A stretch of 64,000 nucleotides of DNA from Minisyncoccota bacterium (GCA_035627595.1 DASPLK010000002.1:85864-149863); one strand, 5' to 3'; shown: positions 17,737 to 27,233, counted from the first letter of the stretch. Translations and numbers: made by a program. Notes: a model not told the origin generated them from the sequence alone.

Positions 17737-18534
17737 CTAGTATGACCTAGTCCAGAAGTGAAATGGAAAAGTGCGATAGCGACCGATGCGCGTTCGTTTG
17801 ATAGAAAGCGCGAGCCCCTTTGTGCCAAGAGATTTGCCAATGCTCCCTGCAAGCGTACGCATGTACGCACCACTGCCGCAAATAACGCGAATTTTAAGGA
17901 ATGGGTAAGTAGTATTGGCCTTAAGAAGCTCCTGCCACGCCGGGCGAATAGTGTTGATACGGAAATCTGCACCGAGCGCTTTAGACGGCTCATCGCTCGT
18001 AGGTGTATGTGAAAGGATACTCTCTACGCGGGAAGTAAGTTCCTGCGAAGATAGTGCACCGACATCTATAAGATCAATGCGATAGAAGATTTCCTCGTGT
18101 GTCGGTATCTCTATTGAATCGAGCGTCCCCTCAAGTGCGTACAAAAAGAGCGGTTTGCCGGCAACTGTCTTAGACGAGAAAGCGGGGTATGCACGCTCAT
18201 GTATACCGACCTCGTCTTTGAGAGCGCCCTGTATGCGATCTCTAGAAGGGGAAACGGTAGGACCGATGGTCGGTATGCCAAGCACATCCCCCGTATCACT
18301 TCCAACGCCTAGAAGCACCTCTACCTCATACTCCTTATCAAGACCCGTGTACCTCTTCTGCTTTTTACACTCGTCACCAATAAGCAGGAGAAGCTTGCCG
18401 GAAGCCATCGGATCGAGGCGTCCTGCATAAGAGAGAGGAACGTCCTTTCCAATCTTTTGTGCCTCCCGAAACATCTCTACAGCCTCAAGGGGCGTCTGAC
18501 CGAGTGGCTTATTGATAATGGCATAGCGCTGCAT
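17737..18534 (-). CDS. truB: tRNA pseudouridine(55) synthase TruB-like
   Basis: YAGRLDPMASGKLLLLIGDE resembles the TruB catalytic motif (TLDPxAxGxL). Start taken at MQRYAIINKP; N-terminal extension in the track is doubtful. Confidence 0.7.
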   Translation of the reverse strand: MQRYAIINKPLGQTPLEAVEMFREAQKIGKDVPLSYAGRLDPMASGKLLLLIGDECKKQKRYTGLDKEYEVEVLLGVGSDTGDVLGIPTIGPTVSPSRDRIQGALKDEVGIHERAYPAFSSKTVAGKPLFLYALEGTLDSIEIPTHEEIFYRIDLIDVGALSSQELTSRVESILSHTPTSDEPSKALGADFRINTIRPAWQELLKANTTYPFLKIRVICGSGAYMRTLAGSIGKSLGTKGLALSIKRTRIGRYRTFPFHFWTRSY

Positions 18535-18634
18535 ACGTGGACGATACCAGATAAAGAGAAAACCGCTCAGACCCCAAAGGATACTAAGCGGCTCTCTTGG
18601 CCGTTCTGGCCAAGGAATGAACGTTCTGTTCGGT

Positions 18635-18979
18635 TTAATGGTGCACCGGACGCTGCGTGCCTGAGGCGTTGAACGGGATGCGCATGGCCGAGTAGCCGAA
18701 ACGCGTACCGATTGTTTCCTCAAGCCGGAGCAATTCTTCCCAGAACTCTCGCTCGCTGGTGATGAGGGCGACGCGATCGAAGACGAGCTTGTCTTTAATC
18801 GACGACACCTTGATCTCGCCTCCGTAGTGGCGCTGGAACTCCAGGAGTTCCGCAGCGATTGAGATTTCAGGGCCGATATTCACCCATCCGAATATTGCGA
18901 TCGGAACCCCTTCAGGTCGGATCGTGGGGCAACGCGGATGGACGATGCACGCACGGCAGTCTTTTGACAACTCACACAT
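18635..18979 (-). CDS. hypothetical protein, possibly RbfA-like by position upstream of truB; start uncertain
   Basis: Weak similarity (…AMRIPF… vs RbfA …AMRLRIVPEL…) and the conserved rbfA-truB synteny. N-terminal CxxC...C...C stretch may be non-coding. Confidence 0.3.
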   Translation of the reverse strand: MCELSKDCRACIVHPRCPTIRPEGVPIAIFGWVNIGPEISIAAELLEFQRHYGGEIKVSSIKDKLVFDRVALITSEREFWEELLRLEETIGTRFGYSAMRIPFNASGTQRPVHH

Positions 18980-19073
18980 TTGATAGACCTCATCATTTGA
19001 TTGATGTTAGTCCACCATCACCGAACCCCGCTTATATATACCAGATAGCGTAGTGAAAAGAAACGGAAGCGAA

Positions 19074-19391
19074 TTAGTGCCGCGTTTCGTCCTCGAGGTC
19101 GAGTTCATACTGCGAGCCAACGGATGCCTCCGGCTTCTGCGCAATAGGACGCGTTTCAAAATACTTGCGTGCACGCTCTGCAGCTTGGCGCAGCCTACTA
19201 GCTCCAATGAACTGTTCCGGCGGGATATCGAGCGAAGATGCGTCCACAGAAACGCCGGTCTGCACGACCTGCTTTGTTTCAGGATTAAATGCAAAGGTGG
19301 CGCTCGACTGCCTGTCAATTACGACCTCAATTCGCGAAGGGTCGCCCTTGTATGGCTTGATTCGGTCAAAGGAAGAGGGGGCTGATTCCAT
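19074..19391 (-). CDS. hypothetical small protein
   Basis: The annotated GTG at 19421 lies inside a terminator hairpin, so the internal ATG at 19391 is used. No Shine-Dalgarno. Weak call. Confidence 0.25.
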   Translation of the reverse strand: MESAPSSFDRIKPYKGDPSRIEVVIDRQSSATFAFNPETKQVVQTGVSVDASSLDIPPEQFIGASRLRQAAERARKYFETRPIAQKPEASVGSQYELDLEDETRH

Positions 19392-19411
19392 AGAGAGAGT
19401 ATAACAAAATG

Positions 19412-19432
19412 AGGGTGGCACGGGGCCACCCT
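19412..19432 (-). terminator. rho-independent terminator after the two-gene operon 20162-19440
   Basis: AGGGTGGC-acggg-GCCACCCT; the minus strand then reads TTTTGTTAT. Confidence 0.55.
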
Positions 19433-19439
19433 CGAAGGT

Positions 19440-19847
19440 TCATAGAGAAATTGTTTCAGCGAGTCGCTGCTGATTGTGTGCGGCAAGTTGTTGGGTGCGA
19501 AGCGCGACAATCTCCTTCCGCTTCTCGCGCACGCTTCTAACGAATCGCTTTATGACTCGATAGTACGCCATCCCGATCAGATGGTACGCGCGCTTCTGTG
19601 GGAAGGGAACAGGCAACTTGTAAGCCATTTCTCGCACAAGCAGATACAAGGCTTCACCCTTGATGTCCCGCCGTTCCTCAATCCGAGCTCGCTCACGGAC
19701 TTCCTCGCAAAGTACGATCATGCGCCGTGCGATGTGTGCGGATGTTCCCGTAAGCGGCGTGAAGTCGACAAGCATCTCGCCTTTATCAGTTACCGCCGTC
19801 TCTTTGATCGCTTCTACGACCACTTCCAAACGAACTCGATATCCCAT
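19440..19847 (-). CDS. hypothetical protein (135 aa), second gene of a coupled pair
   Basis: ATG at 19847 overlaps the stop of the upstream gene (GAGGAGGAA TAG ATG), a strong coupling Shine-Dalgarno; followed by a terminator. Confidence 0.5.
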   Translation of the reverse strand: MGYRVRLEVVVEAIKETAVTDKGEMLVDFTPLTGTSAHIARRMIVLCEEVRERARIEERRDIKGEALYLLVREMAYKLPVPFPQKRAYHLIGMAYYRVIKRFVRSVREKRKEIVALRTQQLAAHNQQRLAETISL

Positions 19848-20162
19848 CTATTCCTCCTCTCGGATGAGCAGATGAGTATCGTCCTGCACCTCTTTGAGCG
19901 CGTATGTAACGGCGCGCTTGAATCGGGCTTCTGGAATCGCGTCAGGACAGGGAAGCGGCAGAGCTGCACCCCCTACGAACTTCCTGATGCGTGGTCGCCA
20001 GAACGGCTTGCGCGCAGGATCAAGGGCAAGCCCCTCATTCCTGCGTATGCGAGCCAGATCCGCCTGCACATAGGCACAGATGAGCGTTGCGGTGCTCTCA
20101 GCCTCGCGTTGCGCTCCCTGTACCAGGATTTCTCTACCAGCCTCCCCTTGAAGGAGGCTCAT
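19848..20162 (-). CDS. hypothetical protein (about 104 aa), first gene of a coupled pair
   Basis: ATG at 20162 with GGAG at -10; same strand as upstream gatB/yqeY. Confidence 0.45.
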   Translation of the reverse strand: MSLLQGEAGREILVQGAQREAESTATLICAYVQADLARIRRNEGLALDPARKPFWRPRIRKFVGGAALPLPCPDAIPEARFKRAVTYALKEVQDDTHLLIREEE

Positions 20163-20238
20163 GCGAACTATCTCCACTTATGCCTCCTCAGGTTTGACTG
20201 GAAGGAAAAATATACCTTAAAAATACTTACTCGTCAAA

Positions 20239-20694
20239 CTATGAGAGAAGGGAATCAACGACTTCCTTGACGTCATTGCCATCCGCGCGCCCCTTAACCT
20301 CCTGCATGACTGCGCCCATAAAGCGGCCCATGTCCTTTTTCTCGGAGATGCCAAGCTCGGCCATCTTCGCGCGAGCGATAGTCTCAAGCTCCTCGCGACC
20401 CATCTGCTCAGGGAGAAACGATTCGATGATCGTGAGCTCCTCGCGCTCAGGCGCAGCCAAGTCGTCGCGCCCGCCGGCAGTGAACTGCTCGATGGAGTCC
20501 TTGCGCTGGTTAGCGGCCCGCTTTATCACCGCGATAGCCTCATCGTCGGCCAAGAACTCATCTGGTTTACGCTTCTTCGCGACCACCTCGTTTGTCATGG
20601 CAGACACCAAAGAACGGATTGTCCTGAGGCGCACCTCGTCCTTGGCGCGCATGGCGTCAGGAATACCTGCTTTGAGTGTCTCGTGTAGCGTCAT
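20239..20694 (-). CDS. yqeY: GatB/YqeY domain protein
   Basis: RAKDEVRLRTIRSL...KDMGRFMGAVMQEVKGRADG is the typical YqeY sequence. Confidence 0.85.
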   Translation of the reverse strand: MTLHETLKAGIPDAMRAKDEVRLRTIRSLVSAMTNEVVAKKRKPDEFLADDEAIAVIKRAANQRKDSIEQFTAGGRDDLAAPEREELTIIESFLPEQMGREELETIARAKMAELGISEKKDMGRFMGAVMQEVKGRADGNDVKEVVDSLLS

Positions 20695-20737
20695 ATGCCC
20701 TATAGACTAGCATGTACGGGGTATACTCCTAAGTACT

Positions 20738-23416
20738 ATGGAGAATCACCCTTGGCACTCGTTTACCCTTCCTGATGTTACTGACCGGCTTGGCACCGAT
20801 ATGAAGATGGGCCTTTCACGCGCGGCTGCTGCCGAGCGACTCAAAAAAGGTACGAACCGTCTTCCATCACCACATAGGGAGACATTTTTCAGCCGTATTG
20901 CTCGCCAGTTTGCGAGTCCCATCGCCATCGTACTCCTCTTTGCCGCAGGCGCGACACTATTTCTTTTCCATTACACGGATGCGCTCGTCATCTTCATCGC
21001 GCTCATCGTGAATGTGGTCATGGGGCTTGTCCAGGAAGGGAGAGCATCGCGCGCATTTGAGGCTCTACAGAAAAGCGAGGCGAAGTTTGCCATGGTCTTT
21101 CGAGATGGGCAGGCGCAAAAGATACCCGCTGAGGAACTGGTACCAGGCGATTTAGTCGCGCTTGCGACCGGTAACGCAGTGCCGGCAGATATTCGCCTCA
21201 CGGAAGCGCACAGCCTCTCCATTAGCGAAGCGGCGCTCTCGGGCGAGTGGGTTGCGGTAGAGAAGTCGGTAGGAGAGGCACCAGAAGCCGCTCCTCTAGT
21301 CGAGCGGAGTGGCATGGCGTACTCAGGCACGCTCGTTGTGGGAGGAACCGGGCAGGGCATCGTTGTTGCAACCGGAGCCGGTACTGAGCTAGGCGCAATT
21401 GCTGCAGAGCTAGGTAAGAACAAACGCACGGAGACCCCGCTTATGCGCGACATTAGGGAAGTGGCGCGGCTTTTGGTTGGCGCTGCTATCGCAATTCTGG
21501 TCGTGGTCCTATTTCTTGGATATCTCAGAGAGATGCCGTTTGGTGACATGCTCTTTATTGCGATCGCTCTTGCGGTTTCCTCAGTCCCTGAGGGTCTTCC
21601 AGCAGCTGTGACGGTTGTGCTTGCGCTTGGAATGGAGCGCATCCTTAAGAAGGGAGGACTTGTGAGGAACCTGCTCGCAGCAGAAACTTTGGGTACGACA
21701 AGCATCATCCTTACCGATAAGACCGGCACTCTCACCAAGGGTAATATCAAGGCAGCTGGGTTTGCGACGCTCTCTGGTACTACCGAGGACGCAGATGGAA
21801 AGCTCGCCCAGGCCATGCTGAAAGCGGCGGTGCTCGCCTCAGATGGCTATATTGAGGAAGTAGACGCACCCACCCCGGAAGAAGAGAAGATCGTCGCACA
21901 TGGCCGTCCGGTAGAACAGGCGATACTTCTTGCTGCTTTGCGCTCCGGCATCGGTGAAGCGCATGTGCGCGAACTACATCCGCGCATCGATATTTTGCCA
22001 TTTGCCTCGGAGCGACGATTCGGAGCCATGCTCGTGAAAGAGGATGGTGGACATGTCGCATACATCACCGGCGCCCCTGAAGCGCTTGTGCCGCATGCAA
22101 CCCATGCGCGCACCCTTTCCGGTCGCGCAAAGCTCGGCAAGGAGTACTCCGCACTCTTTGAGGATGCGCTTACGCGTTCGACGCGTGATGGAAAGCGCGT
22201 GCTTGCGGTCGCGCGCCTTGAGACCAAGGCAGATGCATTCCCGACCGATGAGGCGGGACGTATTGATTTCATTGAGGGGCTTGAACTCCTTGGCTTCATT
22301 ATCTTTTCGGACGAAATACGTGATGAAGCGCGCGCGGCAGTGCTCTCCATGCGCGATGCGGGCGCCCGTGTCCTTATGCTCACTGGCGACAATCCCGAAA
22401 CCGCGCTCTACGTGGCGCGCGAGACTGGGATCGCAGATGCTGGTGATCGCGCGTACACGGGTGCTGAGCTCAAGGATCTATCGGATGAGGAGGTGCTTCG
22501 CATCCTTCGGGAAAACCGCGTATTCGCTCGTGTTGCGCCCTCAGATAAGCTCCGAATCGCACGCCTACTAACAGGCGCAGGGGAGGTGGTCGCAATGACG
22601 GGAGACGGCGTCAACGACGCCCCGGCTCTTGAAGCGGCCTCGATCGGCGTTGCGGTAGGGTCTGGTACCGATGTAGCCAAGGAAGCAGCTGACCTTGTTC
22701 TTTTAGGAGACAGCTTCTCGGTCATCACCCATGCCATTCGCGAGGGCAGACGCCTGCGTGATAACTTCAAGAAGATATTCGCGTACATGCTCTCGACCAA
22801 CTTCAGTGAAGTTGTCCTCATCTCCTTCGCGCTTATCCTCGGCATGCCACTTCCGCTCCTTCCAACGCAGATACTCTGGTCTAACCTCGTGGAGGGCGGA
22901 CTCATGAACTTCGCGTATGCGTTTGAGCCTCTCTACCCATCCGTCATGAAGCGCAAGCCGACCGATACAGATATTCGAAAAGTGCTTTCGAAGAAGGTGC
23001 TCTGGCTTATTGGTTCTGTAGGCGTCATTACTGCCGGCTTCCTCTCGATGATCTACCTCTACCTAGTTGCAGCAGGTGTTCCTGAGCTTGAGATCCAGAC
23101 GCTTATGTTCATCGGCATCTCTATCAGCACCATGTTCACGGCCTTCTCTCTTAAGAGCTTCGGCACGCCTATATGGAAAATTGACTTCTTCTCGAACAAA
23201 TTCCTTATGGTATCGGTCGCTGCTTCCGTCACCTTACTCTGGGCGGCACTCTACCTTGATCCGATCCAGGCGATCGTAAAGACCGTTACGCCGTCTGCCG
23301 AGCAGCTCCTGTTCTTCGTCTTCGTCGGTCTCGTGAATCTGGCGACTGTAGAGCTCGCTAAGTGGATGATTTTCATCCGTCCGGAATCGCGTCCAGCGCT
23401 CGCTCCGGTATACTAG
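20738..23416 (+). CDS. P-type cation-transporting ATPase (PMCA/SERCA-like, likely Ca2+/Mg2+)
   Basis: DKTGTLT phosphorylation motif, TGDGVNDAPAL hinge, about 10 TM segments. Confidence 0.9.
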   Translation: MENHPWHSFTLPDVTDRLGTDMKMGLSRAAAAERLKKGTNRLPSPHRETFFSRIARQFASPIAIVLLFAAGATLFLFHYTDALVIFIALIVNVVMGLVQEGRASRAFEALQKSEAKFAMVFRDGQAQKIPAEELVPGDLVALATGNAVPADIRLTEAHSLSISEAALSGEWVAVEKSVGEAPEAAPLVERSGMAYSGTLVVGGTGQGIVVATGAGTELGAIAAELGKNKRTETPLMRDIREVARLLVGAAIAILVVVLFLGYLREMPFGDMLFIAIALAVSSVPEGLPAAVTVVLALGMERILKKGGLVRNLLAAETLGTTSIILTDKTGTLTKGNIKAAGFATLSGTTEDADGKLAQAMLKAAVLASDGYIEEVDAPTPEEEKIVAHGRPVEQAILLAALRSGIGEAHVRELHPRIDILPFASERRFGAMLVKEDGGHVAYITGAPEALVPHATHARTLSGRAKLGKEYSALFEDALTRSTRDGKRVLAVARLETKADAFPTDEAGRIDFIEGLELLGFIIFSDEIRDEARAAVLSMRDAGARVLMLTGDNPETALYVARETGIADAGDRAYTGAELKDLSDEEVLRILRENRVFARVAPSDKLRIARLLTGAGEVVAMTGDGVNDAPALEAASIGVAVGSGTDVAKEAADLVLLGDSFSVITHAIREGRRLRDNFKKIFAYMLSTNFSEVVLISFALILGMPLPLLPTQILWSNLVEGGLMNFAYAFEPLYPSVMKRKPTDTDIRKVLSKKVLWLIGSVGVITAGFLSMIYLYLVAAGVPELEIQTLMFIGISISTMFTAFSLKSFGTPIWKIDFFSNKFLMVSVAASVTLLWAALYLDPIQAIVKTVTPSAEQLLFFVFVGLVNLATVELAKWMIFIRPESRPALAPVY

Positions 23417-23421
23417 GGAGC

Positions 23422-24459
23422 ATGGAAGTGATCCTCGCCCTCCTCGTTTTCCTTGTTATTCAGAGCGTTGTGCTTTGGTTCTTCTTCGGCCGATCAAAGA
23501 AGGAGGATGGCTCAGGCCTCATGCTCATGCAGCGCCTTGAGGCAATGGAGCGCGCCTTGGATTCCCGCATGGCCGAATCAAGTCGCCAAACGCACGAAAC
23601 CATGCGCACCCAGCTTGGCGAGTCCTCCCGACTCATTAAAGAGATTACCGAGGAGATCACCTCAGTTAAGGAGATTGGCCGGCAGACTGGTGACTTCGCG
23701 AAGGAGTTAAAGTCTCTGTCAGATGTCCTCAAGAACCCCAAACAGCGCGGCGTCGTAGGTGAGTATTATCTAGAAACGGTCCTCAGGAATGTCTTGCCGC
23801 CAGGCATGTATCAGATGCAATATCCGTTTGGAAATGGCGAGATAGTCGATGCGGTCGTGTTTATCGACAAGAAGGTGGTACCGGTAGACTCGAAGTTTTC
23901 TCTTGAGAATTACAACCGCTTCATCCAAGCAGTAGACGCTACAGAGCGCGCGGCCTTGGAGAAGGCATTCGTAAATGACCTAAAACTTCGCATACAGGAG
24001 ACAGCGAAATATATCCGTCCGGAGGAGGGCACCATGGACTTTGCGTTCATGTTCATACCTTCCGAAGCCATCTACTACGATCTTCTCGTGAATACGGTCG
24101 GGGCAGGAGAGGAGGAGAACCTAATCCAGCGGGCGGCAAGTAAGCACAAGATCATCATCGTCTCGCCGACCTCGTTCCTCGCATACCTCCAGACGGTGCT
24201 CCAGGGACTCAAAGCGCTCGAAATCGAGCAGAAGGCGGTAGAGATTCAGAAACGGGTGGGAGAGCTCGGGAAGCATGTGGGCGCGTACGAGGAGTACTAT
24301 CGTAAGCTCGGCGTGGCGTTAGGAACTACGGTGTCTCATTACAATTCTGGGTATAAGGAGCTCCAGAAGATAGACAAGGATGTCTACAGGATCGCGGAAA
24401 GTAAGGCTGGAATCGAGGCGCAGCTCTTGGATAAGCCGGGAGAGCAGGGGGAGGATTAG
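23422..24459 (+). CDS. rmuC: DNA recombination protein RmuC
   Basis: N-terminal TM, long coiled coil, C-terminal RmuC nuclease-like region (FMFIPSEAIYY). Confidence 0.8.
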   Translation: MEVILALLVFLVIQSVVLWFFFGRSKKEDGSGLMLMQRLEAMERALDSRMAESSRQTHETMRTQLGESSRLIKEITEEITSVKEIGRQTGDFAKELKSLSDVLKNPKQRGVVGEYYLETVLRNVLPPGMYQMQYPFGNGEIVDAVVFIDKKVVPVDSKFSLENYNRFIQAVDATERAALEKAFVNDLKLRIQETAKYIRPEEGTMDFAFMFIPSEAIYYDLLVNTVGAGEEENLIQRAASKHKIIIVSPTSFLAYLQTVLQGLKALEIEQKAVEIQKRVGELGKHVGAYEEYYRKLGVALGTTVSHYNSGYKELQKIDKDVYRIAESKAGIEAQLLDKPGEQGED

Positions 24460-24496
24460 CCTTGCTTTTTATAGGAAATGGCTTAGTATAGCCCTT

Positions 24497-24829
24497 ATGA
24501 ATTATGCCGTTATAAAGACAGGTGGTAAGCAGTACGTCGTCAAGCAGGGCGACCTTATCACCATTGAGAAGCTCGGGAGGGGTATCAATGCGCAGGACCT
24601 CAAGAGGGGGGATGCGCTCACGTTCTCTGAGGTACTTCTTACGGACGACGGCAAGGTGACGAACATCGGAGCTCCGATGATCAAGGGAGCAGAGGTGAAA
24701 GGCACCGTCTTCTCCGTCGGACGCCTTCCAAAGGTTGAGGTGGTCAAGTACAAGGCGAAGAGCAACTACCACAAGCGCCGCGGCCATCGCCAGCCGTTCG
24801 TAAAGGTAAAAATCGACTCCGTCGCATAA
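24497..24829 (+). CDS. rplU: 50S ribosomal protein L21
   Basis: MNYAVIKTGGKQYVV...KYKAKSNYHKRRGHRQPF. Confidence 0.9.
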   Translation: MNYAVIKTGGKQYVVKQGDLITIEKLGRGINAQDLKRGDALTFSEVLLTDDGKVTNIGAPMIKGAEVKGTVFSVGRLPKVEVVKYKAKSNYHKRRGHRQPFVKVKIDSVA

Positions 24830-24833
24830 GCCA

Positions 24834-24870
24834 AAGGCCCGCAGAAATGCGGGCCTTGACTTTATCTCTC
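24834..24870 (+). terminator. terminator after rplU
   Basis: AAGGCCCGC-agaaa-GCGGGCCTT followed by GACTTTATCTCTC. Confidence 0.6.
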
Positions 24871-25218
24871 CAAAAAACTAATAATTGCCTTGGCTGTTAG
24901 AGGAGGTGTCCGTGAGCCGTCAAACGCAGTGCCGTAGGCGCAAGGAAGCAAGGAAGCGGCGCGTGGAAGTACGCGTGCGCTGTCATGAGCCGAACCTCCG
25001 CAGGGAGCTCATCGGCAAGCATGTATACAGGGGCATTCCGCTCCGCGAAGGAAGGAAGCTTCTACTGTCTGGGCTCAACCACGCGCTCGATATCGTCTCG
25101 CACCAACTTTTGGGCGAGCGTGTCATAAGCGTCACTGTCGTTGCCGGCGCTGAAGACTATACTCGTCTCATGGGGCGCGGCGATCGGTGGCGTCCCGCGT
25201 GAATGCGGGACAACACAA

Positions 25219-25250
25219 GGCCGGGATCACAAGATCCCGGCCTTTGCTCT
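25219..25250. terminator. bidirectional terminator (end of recR and end of the GGA-rich noncoding segment)
   Basis: GGCCGGGATC-acaa-GATCCCGGCC followed by TTTGCTCT. Confidence 0.6.
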
Positions 25251-25854
25251 AGGTCTCCCTCCGGTTCTGAAAAGCAGCGGATAGGGTTTCCTTATCCGCA
25301 TATTCAAGCTCGGATCCGGTTGCAAGACCCCTGCCGAGCATTGAGAAACGGATGTGTTCGCGTAGTGGGCGGAGCACCTCGCGTATACGGTCTGCGGTAT
25401 GTTCGCCTTCGCTAGTCGCAGAGAGCGCGAGTACGATTTCTTTAAGAGAGCCTTTTGCTTTGCGCTCTACGAGCCGTACGAGCGCGTCTTCGCGTATTGC
25501 ACCCTTGCCTGAGAGGGTGAGCACTCCGCCAAGAACAAAGTAGCGTCCGCGATAGGTGCCGGCGCGCTCCACAGCAAGGAGGTCCTGATCCTTCTCGATA
25601 AGCATGAGGAGGGAGTCGTCTCTGGAAGTGTCTGCGCAGTAGTTACAAAGCGTACCCGTGCCGCTCCAGAAGCGCTTACAGTCCGCGCACTGGTGTACGT
25701 CGTTTGCCAGATCTTGTATGAGACGCGCGAGCTTGGCGCGGTCGCCGTGTGAGACGGCAAGTAGGTGGTATACGAAACGCTTCGCCTGACGCGGCCCTAT
25801 GCCCGGGAAGCGCGAGAACAGGGAAGTAAGCTCCTCGACACGGTCTGTAGCCAT
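25249..25854 (-). CDS. recR: recombination protein RecR
   Basis: FPGIGPRQAKRFVYHLL HhH motif, C4 zinc finger (CxxC...CxxC), Toprim segment. Confidence 0.9.
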   Translation of the reverse strand: MATDRVEELTSLFSRFPGIGPRQAKRFVYHLLAVSHGDRAKLARLIQDLANDVHQCADCKRFWSGTGTLCNYCADTSRDDSLLMLIEKDQDLLAVERAGTYRGRYFVLGGVLTLSGKGAIREDALVRLVERKAKGSLKEIVLALSATSEGEHTADRIREVLRPLREHIRFSMLGRGLATGSELEYADKETLSAAFQNRRET

Positions 25855-25857
25855 ACG

Positions 25858-27219
25858 CTAGAACTCGCCGCCCAGATCGCCGTATCCGCTCTTATCAAGC
25901 GGCTGGAAGGTCGTGCGCTTATCGTCAAAGTATAGATCGACCTTTCCGACTGGGCCATTACGATGCTTCTCGACCAGAATTTCCGCGATGTTCGGGCGGT
26001 CGCTGTCAGGGTTACGCTTGTCCTCTCTATGGATGAACATAACGACGTCCGCGTCCTGCTCGATGGAGCCCGAGTCGCGAAGATCCGAGAGGCGGGGCTT
26101 ACCACCCCGCTGCTCCACGGCACGAGATAGCTGGGAGAGAGCGAGGACCGGCACCTGGAGCTCACGGGCAAGTCCCTTAAGGGAGCGGGAAATCTCAGTA
26201 ACCTGCTGCACCATGGAATCGGTCGCCTTGGTATTGGTCGGCGCCATGAGCTGAAGGTAGTCAACCACAATGAGGCCGATACCATGTTCGCGCTTCAGAC
26301 GGCGCGCGACTGCACGCATGGCCAGGATGTTATTGCCCGGCTTGTCGTCGATGAATATAGGCGCCTTAGAAAGTGCCTCAAGCGCATCACGGATACGTCC
26401 AAAGTCTTCTTCATCGCGAACGCCACCCGTGCGGAGCTTCCAAGAGTTCACGTAGCTCTCGGAAGAGAGCATGCGGTCGATAAGCTGCTCGGAACTCATC
26501 TCGAGCGAAAAGATGCCCACCGGTACGTTGTGCCTGACAGCTGCGTTACGTGCGATATCAAGCGCCAGGGAGGTCTTACCCATAGACGGACGCGCTGCGA
26601 GGATGACCAGGTCTGACGGGTGAAGACCAGAAAGGAGGGAGTCGAGATCCGGAAAACCGGTCGGGACTCCACGGATGGAGCCGTCCTGTTTCGAGAGCGC
26701 CTCGATACGGTCCCAGGCGTCATCCATCTTGTCTTTGATGGCAACGAACTTATGAACTGCCGACTGGTTGCCGATCGCATAGATCATCTTCTCTGCCTCA
26801 TCCAGAACGATCGCGTGATCCTGGCTCTCGTCGTATGCGTTTTCAGTTATTTGATACGCGCAATCAATAAGGGCGCGCATGACATGCTTTCTGGCGACCA
26901 GCTCCGCGTAGTGGTGGTAGTTGCCAGGCGAAGGAGAGGCTGCAACCAGTTCTGCGATATACGCCCTTCCGCCGATGCGCTCGAGCTGGCCGTTTGCCTG
27001 CAGGCGCTCAGACAGGGAAAGGATATCGATAGGCTCACCGCGATCAGAAAGTTCGCGCATGCCCTCATAAATGGCACGGTGCTTATCCGCATAGAAGGAA
27101 TCAGGGCGCACCATGTCACCGACATCGTGTATGGCGTCAGGCTTCAAAAGAAGCGAACCCAAAAGGGCACGCTCGGACTCGAGACTCTGCGGGGGGATGC
27201 GTAGGGTGGGGTCGGCCAT
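25858..27219 (-). CDS. dnaB: replicative DNA helicase DnaB
   Basis: N-terminal DnaB domain (ESERALLGSLL), Walker A (ARPSMGKTS), RecA-like C-terminal; no intein. Confidence 0.9.
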   Translation of the reverse strand: MADPTLRIPPQSLESERALLGSLLLKPDAIHDVGDMVRPDSFYADKHRAIYEGMRELSDRGEPIDILSLSERLQANGQLERIGGRAYIAELVAASPSPGNYHHYAELVARKHVMRALIDCAYQITENAYDESQDHAIVLDEAEKMIYAIGNQSAVHKFVAIKDKMDDAWDRIEALSKQDGSIRGVPTGFPDLDSLLSGLHPSDLVILAARPSMGKTSLALDIARNAAVRHNVPVGIFSLEMSSEQLIDRMLSSESYVNSWKLRTGGVRDEEDFGRIRDALEALSKAPIFIDDKPGNNILAMRAVARRLKREHGIGLIVVDYLQLMAPTNTKATDSMVQQVTEISRSLKGLARELQVPVLALSQLSRAVEQRGGKPRLSDLRDSGSIEQDADVVMFIHREDKRNPDSDRPNIAEILVEKHRNGPVGKVDLYFDDKRTTFQPLDKSGYGDLGGEF

Positions 27220-27233
27220 TGACCCTCATTGTA

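Noticed and set aside
19476-20270. 264-aa plus-strand ORF covering the same DNA as the coupled minus-strand gene pair
   Set aside because: The protein is His/Cys/Trp-rich and low-complexity, has no Shine-Dalgarno, starts inside a terminator hairpin and would run convergently into gatB/yqeY. The minus-strand pair has a textbook coupling Shine-Dalgarno and a terminator. Not fully excluded, since its GC3 is actually higher.
20971-22905. Several long minus-strand ORFs (281, 181 and 165 aa) inside the P-type ATPase gene
   Set aside because: Antisense to a confidently identified 892-aa gene; Ala/Ser/Arg/Pro-rich compositions typical of shadow ORFs in GC-rich coding DNA.
24860-25250. Tried to read RNase P RNA, tmRNA, SRP RNA or 6S RNA into the noncoding GGA-rich segment
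   Set aside because: No P4-type GGAAAGTCCGGGC / ACAGAACCCGGCTTA motifs and no tRNA-like 3' end. The GGAAGGAAGC stretch only superficially resembles the SRP helix 8 GGAA loop context. Left as an unclassified candidate sRNA.
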